DNA of 64,000 bases from an uncultured Opitutaceae bacterium (GCA_964355715.1 CAYHEW010000020.1:5529-69528), one strand, 5' to 3'; shown: positions 9,647 through 18,986, numbered from the stretch's first letter. The notes: a model not told the origin generated them from the sequence alone. Made by a program: numbers and translations.

Positions 9647-10870
9647 ATGCCTTCCTTCGCCTACACCGCGCGCAACGCCGACGGCCAGACCGTGAGCGCT
9701 GTGCTCGACGCGCCCTCGCGGCGCGAGGCCGCGCGGGTGCTGGCCGCGCGCGGGTTGCAGCCGATCAGTCTGGCGGAGGCGAGCGAGGCCAATGGCGGGG
9801 GCACCCCACGCGCCGCGCGCCGGTCAACGCGGGCCTTCGGCGCCGACCTGCAACTCCCGTTCCTCCAGGCGCTGGCCGACCTCACCGGCAGCGGCATGCC
9901 GGCGGGCGAGGCGGTGCGCCTGCTCGGCCGCCGCCTCCAGGAACCGCGCCTGCGCGCGCTGTGTGGTTTTCTTTGGGAGCGCCTGAGCGAGGGCCTGCCG
10001 CTGTCGTTGGCGCTGCAGTCGCAACCGGCGGTTTTTCCAAGCCACACGGTCAGCCTGGTCGCCGCCGGCGAGGCGACGGGTAATCTTCGCGAGGTCCTCA
10101 CGCGGTTGATCCAGCACTACACCGCCCGCGAGGAGATGCGGCGCCTCATCGTCACGGCGCTCGCCTACCCCCTCCTCATCTGCGGCGTCGCGATCGGCGT
10201 CATCCTGTTCTTCATTTTCTTCCTGCTGCCGCGGCTGCAGACGCTCCTGAACTCGCTCGGCGGGCAACTGCCCTGGGCGACACGGCTGCTCGTGGGCCTG
10301 TCCGACGCCGTGCTGCACTACGGCCTGCCCGCGCTGATCCTCGGCGCGCTCGGGGCGGCCGCGCTCTGGCGCTGGCGCCTGACGCCCGCCGGACGGCTGC
10401 GCACCGATGCGCTCCTGCTGCGCGTGCCGTTCGTCGGTCGGTTTGTCACCTCCGCGACCGTTCATAATTTCAGCCAGACCCTGGCGGTTCTCCTCGAAAA
10501 CGGCATCACGACCGCCGAGGCGCTGCGCATGACCGAGCGCACCATCCCGAACCGGGCGCTGCAGGCGGCCTTCGGCACGGCCACCAGCCGCGTGCTCGAG
10601 GGCGAGAGCCTCTCCCAAGCGCTGGGCCGCACCGGCTGCTTCCCGCCGCTGGTCATCGACCGCCTCGCCGTCAGCGAAAGCACCGGCCACCTCGCCCCGG
10701 GCCTGCGCGGCATCGCGCAGAACTACCAGGACGAACTCAGCCGGCAGGTCCGCGCCTTCACCCAGATCATTTCCACCGGCGTCCTCCTCGCCGCCTTCGC
10801 CTTCGTCGCCTTCATCGCCTACGCGATCGTGTCGGCGGTCTTCCAAGTCAGTACGAGCTTCAAATTTTAG
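9647..10870 (+). CDS. gspF: type II secretion inner-membrane platform protein GspF
   Basis: 407 aa from ATG 9647 (MPSFAYTARNADGQTVSAVLDAPSRREAARVLAARGLQPISL). Has the two GspF-type repeats and TM segments. The upstream part of track ORF 9290.. is read-through of gspE and the repeat. Confidence 0.9.
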   Translation: MPSFAYTARNADGQTVSAVLDAPSRREAARVLAARGLQPISLAEASEANGGGTPRAARRSTRAFGADLQLPFLQALADLTGSGMPAGEAVRLLGRRLQEPRLRALCGFLWERLSEGLPLSLALQSQPAVFPSHTVSLVAAGEATGNLREVLTRLIQHYTAREEMRRLIVTALAYPLLICGVAIGVILFFIFFLLPRLQTLLNSLGGQLPWATRLLVGLSDAVLHYGLPALILGALGAAALWRWRLTPAGRLRTDALLLRVPFVGRFVTSATVHNFSQTLAVLLENGITTAEALRMTERTIPNRALQAAFGTATSRVLEGESLSQALGRTGCFPPLVIDRLAVSESTGHLAPGLRGIAQNYQDELSRQVRAFTQIISTGVLLAAFAFVAFIAYAIVSAVFQVSTSFKF

Positions 10871-10997
10871 GGCCGGAGCCGGCCAAGGGTAAGGCAGAAG
10901 GCCGAGGCGACTTGGCAAAGTCGGGCTTGGCCCATTATTGCCGGTTTCACGATGCCGTCTTGAACTAGCGACACCGGTCGTGCTCCACTTTCACCCC

Positions 10998-11324
10998 ATG
11001 ACCAAACCGACCTGCCCTGCCTGCACGATGACCGATGTGCTCAGCCATCCCGATCACTGGGAGTGTGGCACCTGCGGACACGAGTGGCCCAAGGCAGCCG
11101 CTCCCGACACACCTCAAATCGTGAAGGACGCCCACGGCAATGTGTTGGTTGACGGAGACAACGTCGTCTTGATCAAGGACCTCAAGCTGCGCGGCTCATC
11201 CGGCGTCCTCAAACAAGGCACCAAGGCGAAAAACATCCGGTTGGTCGACGGTGACCACGAGATCGACTGCAAGATCGAGGGTGCAGCCATGGCGCTCAAA
11301 GCGTGCTTCGTGAAGAAGGCCTGA
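10998..11324 (+). CDS. phnA: PhnA/YjdM zinc-ribbon protein
   Basis: 108 aa with CPAC...CGTCGHEW. The C-terminal block IVKDAHGNVLVDGDNVVLIKDLKLRGSSGVLKQGTKAKNIRLVDGDHEIDCKIEG...FVKKA closely mirrors E. coli PhnA. Confidence 0.85.
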   Translation: MTKPTCPACTMTDVLSHPDHWECGTCGHEWPKAAAPDTPQIVKDAHGNVLVDGDNVVLIKDLKLRGSSGVLKQGTKAKNIRLVDGDHEIDCKIEGAAMALKACFVKKA

Positions 11325-11445
11325 GCACACCGCTTTCCTCACTGGCGATAGGTCGCGTCCGAATTTCTGCCCAACGTTCAGTGAAGAGCCATGGCGGGAC
11401 GCAGCCCCGACATTGGCTCTGGGCGCTTGTTCGGCGGAAATGGAG

Positions 11446-11922
11446 TCATGCGACGAGAATATAGAGTAACTCCTCTACGCGGGCACCGCTCGGTGCGGAA
11501 AATGCATCTTCACCGACGCGAGCGAACCCTGCTTTCTCGAGCACGCGAATCGAACCGAGATTGTGCTTAGCGACGCGGGCACTGAGTGGCCGCGTCGACT
11601 CAAAGCGAAGGAACTGCGCCATCGCCGCGGAGGCGATACCTCGGCCCCAGAACTCACGACCGATCCAATAGCATATGAGCCGGTCGTTGGATGCGGCATC
11701 GGTCCATGCGCCAATGTTTCCGGCAACTTGGGCGCCCGCGAGAATGGTGCGGCTTACGGCCGCGGGATTGCCGAGGATATTGGTGGTCCAATGGGTGAAA
11801 AACGCATCTCGATCCCTTGAGGGGAATGCGGCGAGCTTGGTGGCCTCGGGATCGAGCTGATGAACGAAGAAGATCGAGAGATCGTCAGCTTCAACAGGAC
11901 GGATTGATACTCGGTCTTTCAT
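11446..11922 (-). CDS. GNAT family N-acetyltransferase
   Basis: Core sequence (VSIRPVEADD..., WIGREFWGRGIASAAM, ARVAKHNLGSIRVLEKAGF) fits GNAT. Start chosen at ATG 11922 (MKDRV...). A longer form from ATG 12057 or GTG 12060 would abut the rhomboid stop (TGATG) but adds low-complexity sequence. Confidence 0.7.
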   Translation of the reverse strand: MKDRVSIRPVEADDLSIFFVHQLDPEATKLAAFPSRDRDAFFTHWTTNILGNPAAVSRTILAGAQVAGNIGAWTDAASNDRLICYWIGREFWGRGIASAAMAQFLRFESTRPLSARVAKHNLGSIRVLEKAGFARVGEDAFSAPSGARVEELLYILVA

Positions 11923-12056
11923 TTTGCCGAACGGTTCAGACCCGACACGCGGGCCGAGCGAGAACTTAGTTTCGGATGCGGATGAATCATGCCGACTGGT
12001 GCCATAGGGGAGTGATTCATGGTGCCTAGTTCTGTCTGGGGCGGAAGCGTCACCCA

Positions 12057-12701
12057 TCACCGGCCGCTCCGCTTCCTGACGACTCGGTCAACGATCCAGG
12101 CGGCCAAGGCGTACGCTGCCGCCGCGAGGTGGGCGCTGGTTGCTACTCGGACGGTCGGGTCGTCGAAGCCGATCATGCCCCCACCCTGGCCGCCGTGGGC
12201 GATCTCGAGGACGACCTCGCCAACGTAAATCACGACGACCGCGGGCCAGAACCAGTCGGTCCACTTGCGCTCCCAATTCTGGACCGCGAAGAGCAGCAGC
12301 AGGCCGAGGTCGACCGCGCTGAGTCCGCCGTATCGACCCATCGCCGGATCGAACCAATAGATCACCGCGGCGATGAACGGCGGCATCAGGACGAAGCCCA
12401 ACCGGCTCGCCCACGGATGCTTCGCACCAAACGCCCACCCGAGGAGGAGCAGCAGGCCCGTGTCGGCGAGAAAATGCGGCCAGCCGAAATGCACGAGATG
12501 CCCCGTCCACAGGCGCCACCATTCGCCGGCGGCGAGCGCCCCGCGCTCGTAGATCAGGACGTTGCGCCAGCCCGGGTTCAGCTGGATCACCAGCGTCGCG
12601 AGCCCCAGCGCCGGAAAGATCACCGGCACTTGCCGCAGCTGCCGCCCGTAAGCGCCAAGCGGGGACGCGAATCTGGATCCGGTGGTGTCCACGCGGCGCA
12701 T
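12057..12701 (-). CDS. rrtA: rhomboid-family intramembrane serine protease, rhombosortase-like
   Basis: 214 aa from ATG 12701. Motifs: GEWWRLWTGHLVHFGWPHFLADTG, catalytic-Ser context YGGLSAVDLG, C-terminal TM His in TSAHLAAAAYALAAW. Lies 40 nt downstream of a gene ending in a poly-Gly sorting tail. The track ORF start at 12857 overlaps that gene. Confidence 0.65.
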   Translation of the reverse strand: MRRVDTTGSRFASPLGAYGRQLRQVPVIFPALGLATLVIQLNPGWRNVLIYERGALAAGEWWRLWTGHLVHFGWPHFLADTGLLLLLGWAFGAKHPWASRLGFVLMPPFIAAVIYWFDPAMGRYGGLSAVDLGLLLLFAVQNWERKWTDWFWPAVVVIYVGEVVLEIAHGGQGGGMIGFDDPTVRVATSAHLAAAAYALAAWIVDRVVRKRSGR

Positions 12702-12741
12702 TGGAGGGATGACGCCGGCACCGCGCAACGCCGGAACGAAC

Positions 12742-14328
12742 CTAGCTCGCCTTTGGCTTCGCCTTGCGGTCGGACAGTTTCTTGAGCGCGAGCAGCGCAC
12801 CAGCGGCGCCGAGGCCCCAGAGCGAGACCGCACCGCCGCCACCACCACCGCCACCACCCACGGTCGAGATCGCCGGCGGGGTCGTCGGCGTCACCGTGGC
12901 ACCGCCCGTCACCGGGGTCGAGGCGCCGTATAGCCCCAGCTCCGGCCGACCGCCGAAACGGCTGCTGAAGGCCGGGAGTACGTAGTTGAGGTCGCTGTCG
13001 CCGACGCCGAACCATTTCAGCATGTCGCGCGCATACTCGTCCACCGCGACCCCGGGAATCAACCGGCCCTGGCCGGTGTCGATCTGCGCGAGGTTCTGGA
13101 AGTCGGGATAGTAGCCCTGGTCCTTGTTGCCGTAGACGTTGCCGCCCTTCACCGCGCCGCCGAGGACGAAGTGGTTGCCGCCCCAGGCGTGGTCGGAGCC
13201 GTTGCCGTTCGACTTGAGGGTGCGGCCGAAGTCGGACGCGGTGAACAGCGTGACGTTGTTCTGGAGGCCGACCTCGCCCAGCGCCTGCCAGAACGTGTCC
13301 ACGGCCTGGCTGACGGTGCGCAGCATGGTGGTCTGGTTGTTGATCACCTCGTTGTGGTGGTCCCAGCCGCCAAACTGCACGAAGAATACCTGCCGTCGCG
13401 CCCCGAGGCGCCCGCCGGCCGCGGCGGTGCGGGCCACCATCGCGAGGTTCGAGGCCACGCTGTTGCCGGTCGGCACCGGCGTCGTGAGCGTCGAGCCGGC
13501 CAAGGCCGCGGCAAATTCGTAGTAGGCATCCACGGCGTCACGCGACGAGTTGCCGAAGGATTTCTCGAAGATGCGGCGGTAATCGGCCTCGAGCAGGCTG
13601 TCCACCGCAGCCGAGCGCAGCGCAGTGAGGCTGTTGGCGGCCATGGGATTGTAGCCGGTGAGGGCGGTCGCCCCGCTGGAGTTGATGCTGTAGGTGAAGA
13701 CCTGCTGGCCGGTGAGGAAGATGCTCTGGCCGGAAAGCGAGATGTTCATCGACACGACGCCCGGGGTGTTGAGGGAGCGGATGATGTCGGCGGCGCGTCC
13801 GCCCCAGCCGATGGCGGTACGCTGGTCCGGGATGCAGGTCTGCCACTGCTTGATCTGGTCGGCGTGCGAGTAGAGCGAGACAGGCCGGTAGCGGCCGGCC
13901 GTGTAGTCGGCCAGGGTGGTCGGGCGGACGAGCGAACCGACATTGGACACGAACGCGAGGCGGCCTGCGTTGAACAGGTCGCGCACCTCGGTCATCGAGG
14001 GATGGATGCCGAGCGTGCGCCCGCCGAGGTTGCCGGGCGTGACCTGCAGCAGCGACTCGCGCGCGAGCGCCAGCCCGCTGCGGGCCGCGGCGTAGGCGTT
14101 GTATTCGGCCGAGGTCGTCGGCACGAGCATGTTGAACGAGTCGTTGCCACCGGCGAGGAAGAGGCAGACGAGCGCCTTGTAGTCCGAGGGCGCAGTCTGC
14201 GCCGCGAGCGAGTTTGCCAGCCGCAGGCTGAGGAGGGTCGAGAAGAGGGCGGTGGCCCCCACCCCGGCGCAACTGGCCTGGCCGATGAACTCGCGGCGGG
14301 AGAGCGGAGGGGTGGCGGGAGGCTTCAT
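12742..14328 (-). CDS. DUF1501 (sulfatase-like) protein with Tat signal and GlyGly-CTERM-type tail
   Basis: Twin-arginine motif SRREFIGQASCAGVGATALF. DUF1501 hallmarks GGNDSFNMLVP, FGGWDHH, GSDHAWGG. Tail is G9-AVSLWGLGAAGALLALKKLSDRKAKPKAS. Confidence 0.85.
   Translation of the reverse strand: MKPPATPPLSRREFIGQASCAGVGATALFSTLLSLRLANSLAAQTAPSDYKALVCLFLAGGNDSFNMLVPTTSAEYNAYAAARSGLALARESLLQVTPGNLGGRTLGIHPSMTEVRDLFNAGRLAFVSNVGSLVRPTTLADYTAGRYRPVSLYSHADQIKQWQTCIPDQRTAIGWGGRAADIIRSLNTPGVVSMNISLSGQSIFLTGQQVFTYSINSSGATALTGYNPMAANSLTALRSAAVDSLLEADYRRIFEKSFGNSSRDAVDAYYEFAAALAGSTLTTPVPTGNSVASNLAMVARTAAAGGRLGARRQVFFVQFGGWDHHNEVINNQTTMLRTVSQAVDTFWQALGEVGLQNNVTLFTASDFGRTLKSNGNGSDHAWGGNHFVLGGAVKGGNVYGNKDQGYYPDFQNLAQIDTGQGRLIPGVAVDEYARDMLKWFGVGDSDLNYVLPAFSSRFGGRPELGLYGASTPVTGGATVTPTTPPAISTVGGGGGGGGGAVSLWGLGAAGALLALKKLSDRKAKPKAS
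12745..12858 (-). other. C-terminal sorting signal (poly-Gly + hydrophobic helix + basic cluster), GlyGly-CTERM-like
   Basis: Nine Gly codons at 12832-12858 (mixed GGT/GGC), then SLWGLGAAGALLAL, then KKLSDRKAKPK. Confidence 0.65.
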
Positions 14329-14332
14329 GGCG

Positions 14333-16051
14333 TCACTTACTCACGGCGGCGTCCGGCGAGGTCGCCACGAGATACACGGCCAGCCGGGCCTTGGTCTGGT
14401 TGAGGGTGCTGCCCGAGGGCACCATGGCGGTGGTCACGCCGTTCACGGCCGCCAGCACGGCGTTGCGCGTGGCGTCGCTAATCGTGCCGTGGGCCAGCAG
14501 GAGGTTGAGGTTGTCGAGCAACGCGGCGGAATTGGCTGCGAGCGTCTCCTGTTCCGCGAGGTTGAGGGCGAACCGCCCCGCCCCAGTCTGCGTGAGGGTG
14601 TAGAGCGCGTTGGGCAGCGTGACCGCGAAGACCGAGGTCAGGATCTGGTATTCGGGTCCGACGAGGCCGGCATCGCCGATCGGGCCCGGCGGCCGGTGAT
14701 CCGGCAGGTAGAAGTTGAAGACCGAAGGCGACGCGAGCGGGAACTGGCCGATGGTTGATTCGGAAATGGTCGAGCCGAAGTCGTAGGGCAGCGTGCCGTC
14801 CTGCACCGTGTAGCGCATCGCCCGCAGCAGGCCGGTGACGCGCAGGAAGGGCTCCTTCAGTTTGCCGGAGTTGGCCTGCGCGATCGACGACAGGTTCCTT
14901 GCCTCGGAATCAAGGAGGATGGCGCGGACGACCGCGAGCAGGTCGCCGCGCTGCCCGGCGCCGTTGTTCACGAAAACCGCGGCCACGCGCCCGACGTAGG
15001 CCGGGCTGGGATTCGAGGTGACGAGCCGCTGGATAAGCTGGCGCGAAATAAAGGGCGCGGTGCTCGGATGCTCGATGAGGTTGTCGAGCGCGTCGGCCAC
15101 GTCCTGCACGCCGCCCTGGTTGGCCGGCAGGACCGGCTTGCGGGCACCCGCATACGCCAGGAGTGTCTTGCTGCCCTGATCGTGCTGGAGCTCCCACATC
15201 AGCATGGGCTGCGTGTAGTTCTGCGCCGCCGAAGGGAAATCCGTCCGCCCGGTGCCGGTGCCGACGGCGTTGGCATTGTTGTTCTCATCGGTGAACCCGG
15301 TGAAGACCCGGGCGAACTCCGAGATGTTGGGATTCGTGTAGGTCTCGACCGGGCGCCCGCTGGCATCGGTGACGATGGTCCCATCCGCAGTCAGCTGGTA
15401 GAGCCCGATGGTGAAGAGCTGCATCACCTCGCGGGCGTAATTCTCGTCCGGCTGGGTGCCCGCGGTGGGGTTGGCCTTGCGGTTTTTATAGTGAGTCAGG
15501 TACCGGCCCATCATCGGATGGCGGGTGACGTCCATCAGCAGGGTGCGAAAACTGCCGAGGGCGTTGCGCGCGAGCAGGTCGTAGTAGCTGCTGGATCCCT
15601 CCTGGCCGTTGGTAATCGCCGATTCGAAGTCGGAGATGACCATGATCTGGCTGAGGGCGTAGGCCACGCGCTGCCGCAGTTGGTCGGACCCGGCGAGCAT
15701 GACCTGGGTGCGGGCGCGGCGGTTGGTGGCACGGTCGAAGGTGGTGATCTGGCCGGCGTTCTTGGCGGCCTGCAGCAGGGCGACGGCGGAGCTTGCCGGC
15801 TTGGCGGCCTCGAGGTCGATCCACCGGCTGTAATCGTAGCCCAGGCCACGGAGTTCGGCGATGGACTCAGGCGTGGCGCCGAAGGTGGCCTGGGAGAGAA
15901 AGCGGGACGCCTGCTGGTCGGCCGTCAGGCTCGTCGCCGGATCCACCGCGGCGAAAAGTCCGCTCGCGCCGGCCAACAAAGCGAAACCCAGGCAGAGGGT
16001 TTGCAGGCGGGGTACGGGGGGAACCACGACTGAAGATGGGGCCAAACGCAT
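14333..16051 (-). CDS. DUF1800 domain protein (usual partner of DUF1501)
   Basis: 572 aa with a signal peptide. Motifs: FLSQATFGATPESI and ENYAREVMQLFTIGLYQL. Lies 4 nt upstream of the DUF1501 gene. Confidence 0.85.
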   Translation of the reverse strand: MRLAPSSVVVPPVPRLQTLCLGFALLAGASGLFAAVDPATSLTADQQASRFLSQATFGATPESIAELRGLGYDYSRWIDLEAAKPASSAVALLQAAKNAGQITTFDRATNRRARTQVMLAGSDQLRQRVAYALSQIMVISDFESAITNGQEGSSSYYDLLARNALGSFRTLLMDVTRHPMMGRYLTHYKNRKANPTAGTQPDENYAREVMQLFTIGLYQLTADGTIVTDASGRPVETYTNPNISEFARVFTGFTDENNNANAVGTGTGRTDFPSAAQNYTQPMLMWELQHDQGSKTLLAYAGARKPVLPANQGGVQDVADALDNLIEHPSTAPFISRQLIQRLVTSNPSPAYVGRVAAVFVNNGAGQRGDLLAVVRAILLDSEARNLSSIAQANSGKLKEPFLRVTGLLRAMRYTVQDGTLPYDFGSTISESTIGQFPLASPSVFNFYLPDHRPPGPIGDAGLVGPEYQILTSVFAVTLPNALYTLTQTGAGRFALNLAEQETLAANSAALLDNLNLLLAHGTISDATRNAVLAAVNGVTTAMVPSGSTLNQTKARLAVYLVATSPDAAVSK

Positions 16052-16136
16052 TCAGGATGCAAGACGCCAGCGGCCGGCGAGCCGTTACACGAAATTTCGA
16101 ACGGGTGAACTAACCGCAAAGGCCACTCAAACCGTT

Positions 16137-16197
16137 TTACGGGAGGTAACAGAGGTCACAGAGAGCGATCCTCCGTTTCCTCCGTTACCTCCTGTAA
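16137..16197. repeat. AGGAGG/CCTCC-module hairpin repeat (family A, single module)
   Basis: ttacgggaggtaacagaggtcacagag, 7-nt loop, ctccgtttcctccgttacctcctgtaa. The same module forms the innermost arms of the 45588-45928 composite. Confidence 0.7.
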
Positions 16198-16246
16198 GAC
16201 GGATCGGGGTTCGCACATCTTCGCGGTGCAACTGCATGGTTCCGGA

Positions 16247-16768
16247 TTAACGCACGAGCTCAGCCGCGACGACCCGGAAGGTGGCGTTGACCTGGCCCGG
16301 CGCACCGCGGTCGTTCGTGAGCGTCATCTGCTCGATCCCCACGTACGGGGAACGATCCGCCAGCGTCTCGTAGAAGCGCACCAGGGCACCGAGGTCGGCG
16401 CGGCGGAAGCTCACCTGCGCCGAGTGAAACGAAAACTGGGCCGTGCGCTCGGTGCGCTGACCGGAAACTTCCGCGGAAAGGGCGGCGGCGGTCGCGAGGC
16501 GGTTGAGTTCGCCCACGAGGCGCGTGCCGTTGAGCGTCTGGGCCGGCTCAAGCTGGTGCACGGCGGCCGCAGCGCGTTCCTCGATCGCCTCGCGGTTGGC
16601 GAGCCAGGCCGCCTGCGTCTCCTGCCCGGCCCGCAGCGAACGGTACTCCAGCCACCGGTCGCGAACGCGGCCGACGCCGCCGAACAGCCAGGCGCCGGCG
16701 GCGAGCAGCACAAAGGCCAGCACGAGAACCTGCTCGCGCACGGTGCGGGTGAGAAAATACCTCTTCAT
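16247..16768 (-). CDS. T2SS assembly protein, GspM/PilO-like
   Basis: 173 aa with a single N-terminal TM (VLVLAFVLLAAGAWLF) and a periplasmic domain. It is the last gene of the pseudopilin operon. Its start overlaps the upstream stop (ATGA at 16765-16768). Confidence 0.55.
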   Translation of the reverse strand: MKRYFLTRTVREQVLVLAFVLLAAGAWLFGGVGRVRDRWLEYRSLRAGQETQAAWLANREAIEERAAAAVHQLEPAQTLNGTRLVGELNRLATAAALSAEVSGQRTERTAQFSFHSAQVSFRRADLGALVRFYETLADRSPYVGIEQMTLTNDRGAPGQVNATFRVVAAELVR

Positions 16769-17901
16769 GGCTTGTCCTCCCCTACCAACGCCTCCGGCTT
16801 GAAGGTCGCCGTGAATTGAAACGTGGTCACGCCCTCGCGCAGGCGGACGTCGCGCACCTCGGCCGCCGCCAGCACGGGCAGCGCCTTGAGCGCGGCCTCG
16901 AAGGTCCCGACGCTGGCGGCGTCGGCCGCCTGACCCTCGACTTCCAAAGTGGTCAGCCCCGCCGTGCTACAGCGCACGAACCGCACGGCCGGCGGGCGCA
17001 CGTCATTGACCAGGGCCAGCATTTCCATCGGCCGCAGCCGCCGCGCCGTCATCTCCTCGATCCGGGTGCCCAGGGCCTGCGCCGTCTCGATGCGGCTCAC
17101 CTCGCCGGCGCGCCCCGCCTGCTCGGCACTCCAGCGCGCAAAGACCCGGTCGGTCGCAAACAAGCCGGCCTCCAGCACCGCACCCGCCGCCAAGCCGATC
17201 AGGCAAGCCACGAGCGTGCGCCACAGGATGACCTCCCGCCGAAGCGCCTGCCGCCGCGTCGCCAGCACGGTCTTGTCACGAACATCCATTGAAGCCAGCG
17301 CTTCCGGCGCGAGTGCGGTACGCAACGACCGCCCGGTGCCCCGGCCGGCGAGAGTCAACTCCCAGCCGCGGTCCGACGGCAGCGGCTTCACGGTCACGGG
17401 GCCGGCAAATTCGTCCACTTCGGGCCGCCGGCCGCCGAGGCGCTGCACGACTTCGTCAAGCAAAGCCGCCCGGACGACCGCCTCGTCCTCAGTGGCGACC
17501 GCGCGCGCCAACACGAGATTGGGCAGGGCAGACCGCCCATCCCAGGCCGCGGCCATCACGCATCCCGGCGCCTGCCAGAGGCGCACGCGCTCCGCCCCGG
17601 GCGGTTCGCCGAGCAGGGCTGCGAAAACGGGCAGCACGACACCCGCCTGCGGCCAGCCATCGCCGGGGAACAGGCGCCGGTGCGTCGCAAAGGCGAGCGC
17701 GCTCCGGCCGTCGGGCGCCGCGTGGTAGCCGTAGTAAAGCTGCTCGAGCGCAAAGGGGGCAGCGATCTCCAAGCCCAATTCCACCTGCGCCGGCGCCGGC
17801 GCGATCGGGTCCAGCGTCACGCGCCGCACGAAAAACGCCTCCGCCGGCAGCCAGACGAGGGCGTCCGCCGGGGAGCGGGAGGATTGGGCGGGCGGGTTCA
17901 C
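16765..17901 (-). CDS. T2SS assembly protein, GspL-like (cytoplasmic domain + TM + PilN-like periplasmic domain)
   Basis: 378 aa with a central TM (ILWRTLVACLIGLAAGAVLEAGLF). Position between the gspK-like and gspM-like genes supports the call. GTG start overlaps the upstream stop (GTGA). Confidence 0.5.
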   Translation of the reverse strand: MNPPAQSSRSPADALVWLPAEAFFVRRVTLDPIAPAPAQVELGLEIAAPFALEQLYYGYHAAPDGRSALAFATHRRLFPGDGWPQAGVVLPVFAALLGEPPGAERVRLWQAPGCVMAAAWDGRSALPNLVLARAVATEDEAVVRAALLDEVVQRLGGRRPEVDEFAGPVTVKPLPSDRGWELTLAGRGTGRSLRTALAPEALASMDVRDKTVLATRRQALRREVILWRTLVACLIGLAAGAVLEAGLFATDRVFARWSAEQAGRAGEVSRIETAQALGTRIEEMTARRLRPMEMLALVNDVRPPAVRFVRCSTAGLTTLEVEGQAADAASVGTFEAALKALPVLAAAEVRDVRLREGVTTFQFTATFKPEALVGEDKP

Positions 17902-18986
17902 AGGGCGGGAGACGGCATTTCCGAGGGGTCGGGATCCTCGCGAATCTCCAACACCGCCAACGGGTAGTCCAATCTTTTGCGTTCAGTGGGCGGCGCCGCG
18001 TTGCCATCCGCCGGGGCGCTCTCCCCCGCCCGCTCCGGCGCAACCGCCGCACCCGGGGCGGCGACGACCGCCAAAATCCGATAGGCGATCGCGCCCTGCC
18101 GGATGGTGATTCCGATGCGCCAGGCCGCCACCTCCGCGCCGAAACGGGTGCCGTCGGCCGCCGCCCCAATCACCGACCCCGCCTCCGCCACGGAGCGGAA
18201 GTATCCCGGGGCCTCAGGATCCAGCGGCCGCGCGCGGTGCTCCGCCAGGGCCGTCACCTCCGCCGCACCCAGACCGAGCGTCAGCAACACGCTCGGGGTG
18301 GCTGTGTTCAGATTCGTCACGTTGAAGGCATGCAGCGAAAAATCGTCGCGGAACGCGCGGAACGCCGCCGTGGGCGATCCATCCGCCAAAAAGAACACCG
18401 GCCGGTCGAGCTGCACCGCCGCCAATTCGCCCCAACTCCGCAAGGCGCGCCGGGCCGGGCGATAGGCCGGGTCCTCGCCCGCATAGTCAGGCGCCTCGGC
18501 CACCGGCGGCTCGTCCGCCCGCCCGGCGCGGATCCAGTCCCGCAGCACCACCGCCATCCGCTCAGCCTCCGCCGGCACCACCCCGGCGCCTTCCAGCGCG
18601 GTCTGCAGGGTGACGGCATCGGCGCGCGGGAGGGAGATCTTGGCGGACTCGTCCGCCAGCACGATCTCGAGCGTGCGTCCGACCGCGGGCGCATACACGC
18701 CGGCCTCGAGCAGGGCCGCCCAGCGCGGATCGGGCTGATGCCACGCGCCGGCCTCGGCCCGATCGGCCGCCAGGATGGCGATAAGCGACTCCAGCGCCGA
18801 ATACGCCTCGGCCCGCAATTGCCTCCGCTCCGCCGCGCGTGCGTCCGCCAGCAGCTCGGTGCCGGTGCGACGGATGAAGGCCGCGAGCAAAAATGAAGCG
18901 AGCAGCAGCGTGACCAACACGAGCACGATGATGGCCCCGCGGCGCGGATCGTGTCCTGGAAGGGTCATTTCGGCGCGCGGCTTCAT
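17898..18986 (-). CDS. gspK: T2SS minor pseudopilin GspK-like
   Basis: Starts at ATG 18986 (MKPRAEMTLPGHDPRRGAIIVLVLVTLLLASFLLAAF), 2 nt after the upstream stop. Has the GspK-like segment ADESAKISLP...LRSWGELAAV and helix-hairpin-like repeats. Confidence 0.65.
   Translation of the reverse strand: MKPRAEMTLPGHDPRRGAIIVLVLVTLLLASFLLAAFIRRTGTELLADARAAERRQLRAEAYSALESLIAILAADRAEAGAWHQPDPRWAALLEAGVYAPAVGRTLEIVLADESAKISLPRADAVTLQTALEGAGVVPAEAERMAVVLRDWIRAGRADEPPVAEAPDYAGEDPAYRPARRALRSWGELAAVQLDRPVFFLADGSPTAAFRAFRDDFSLHAFNVTNLNTATPSVLLTLGLGAAEVTALAEHRARPLDPEAPGYFRSVAEAGSVIGAAADGTRFGAEVAAWRIGITIRQGAIAYRILAVVAAPGAAVAPERAGESAPADGNAAPPTERKRLDYPLAVLEIREDPDPSEMPSPAL

Noticed and set aside
10871-10910. GGCCGG-ag-CCGGCC hairpin after gspF, and GTTGCG-gcaaa-CGCAAC near 52885, as terminators.
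   Set aside because: The stems are short, no U-run follows them, and such palindromes are common at this GC content.
12702-12857. Longer rhomboid ORF starting at 12857.
   Set aside because: It would overlap the 3' end of the DUF1501 gene by more than 100 nt and would add an Arg/Ser-rich segment. ATG 12701 gives a typical rhombosortase length.
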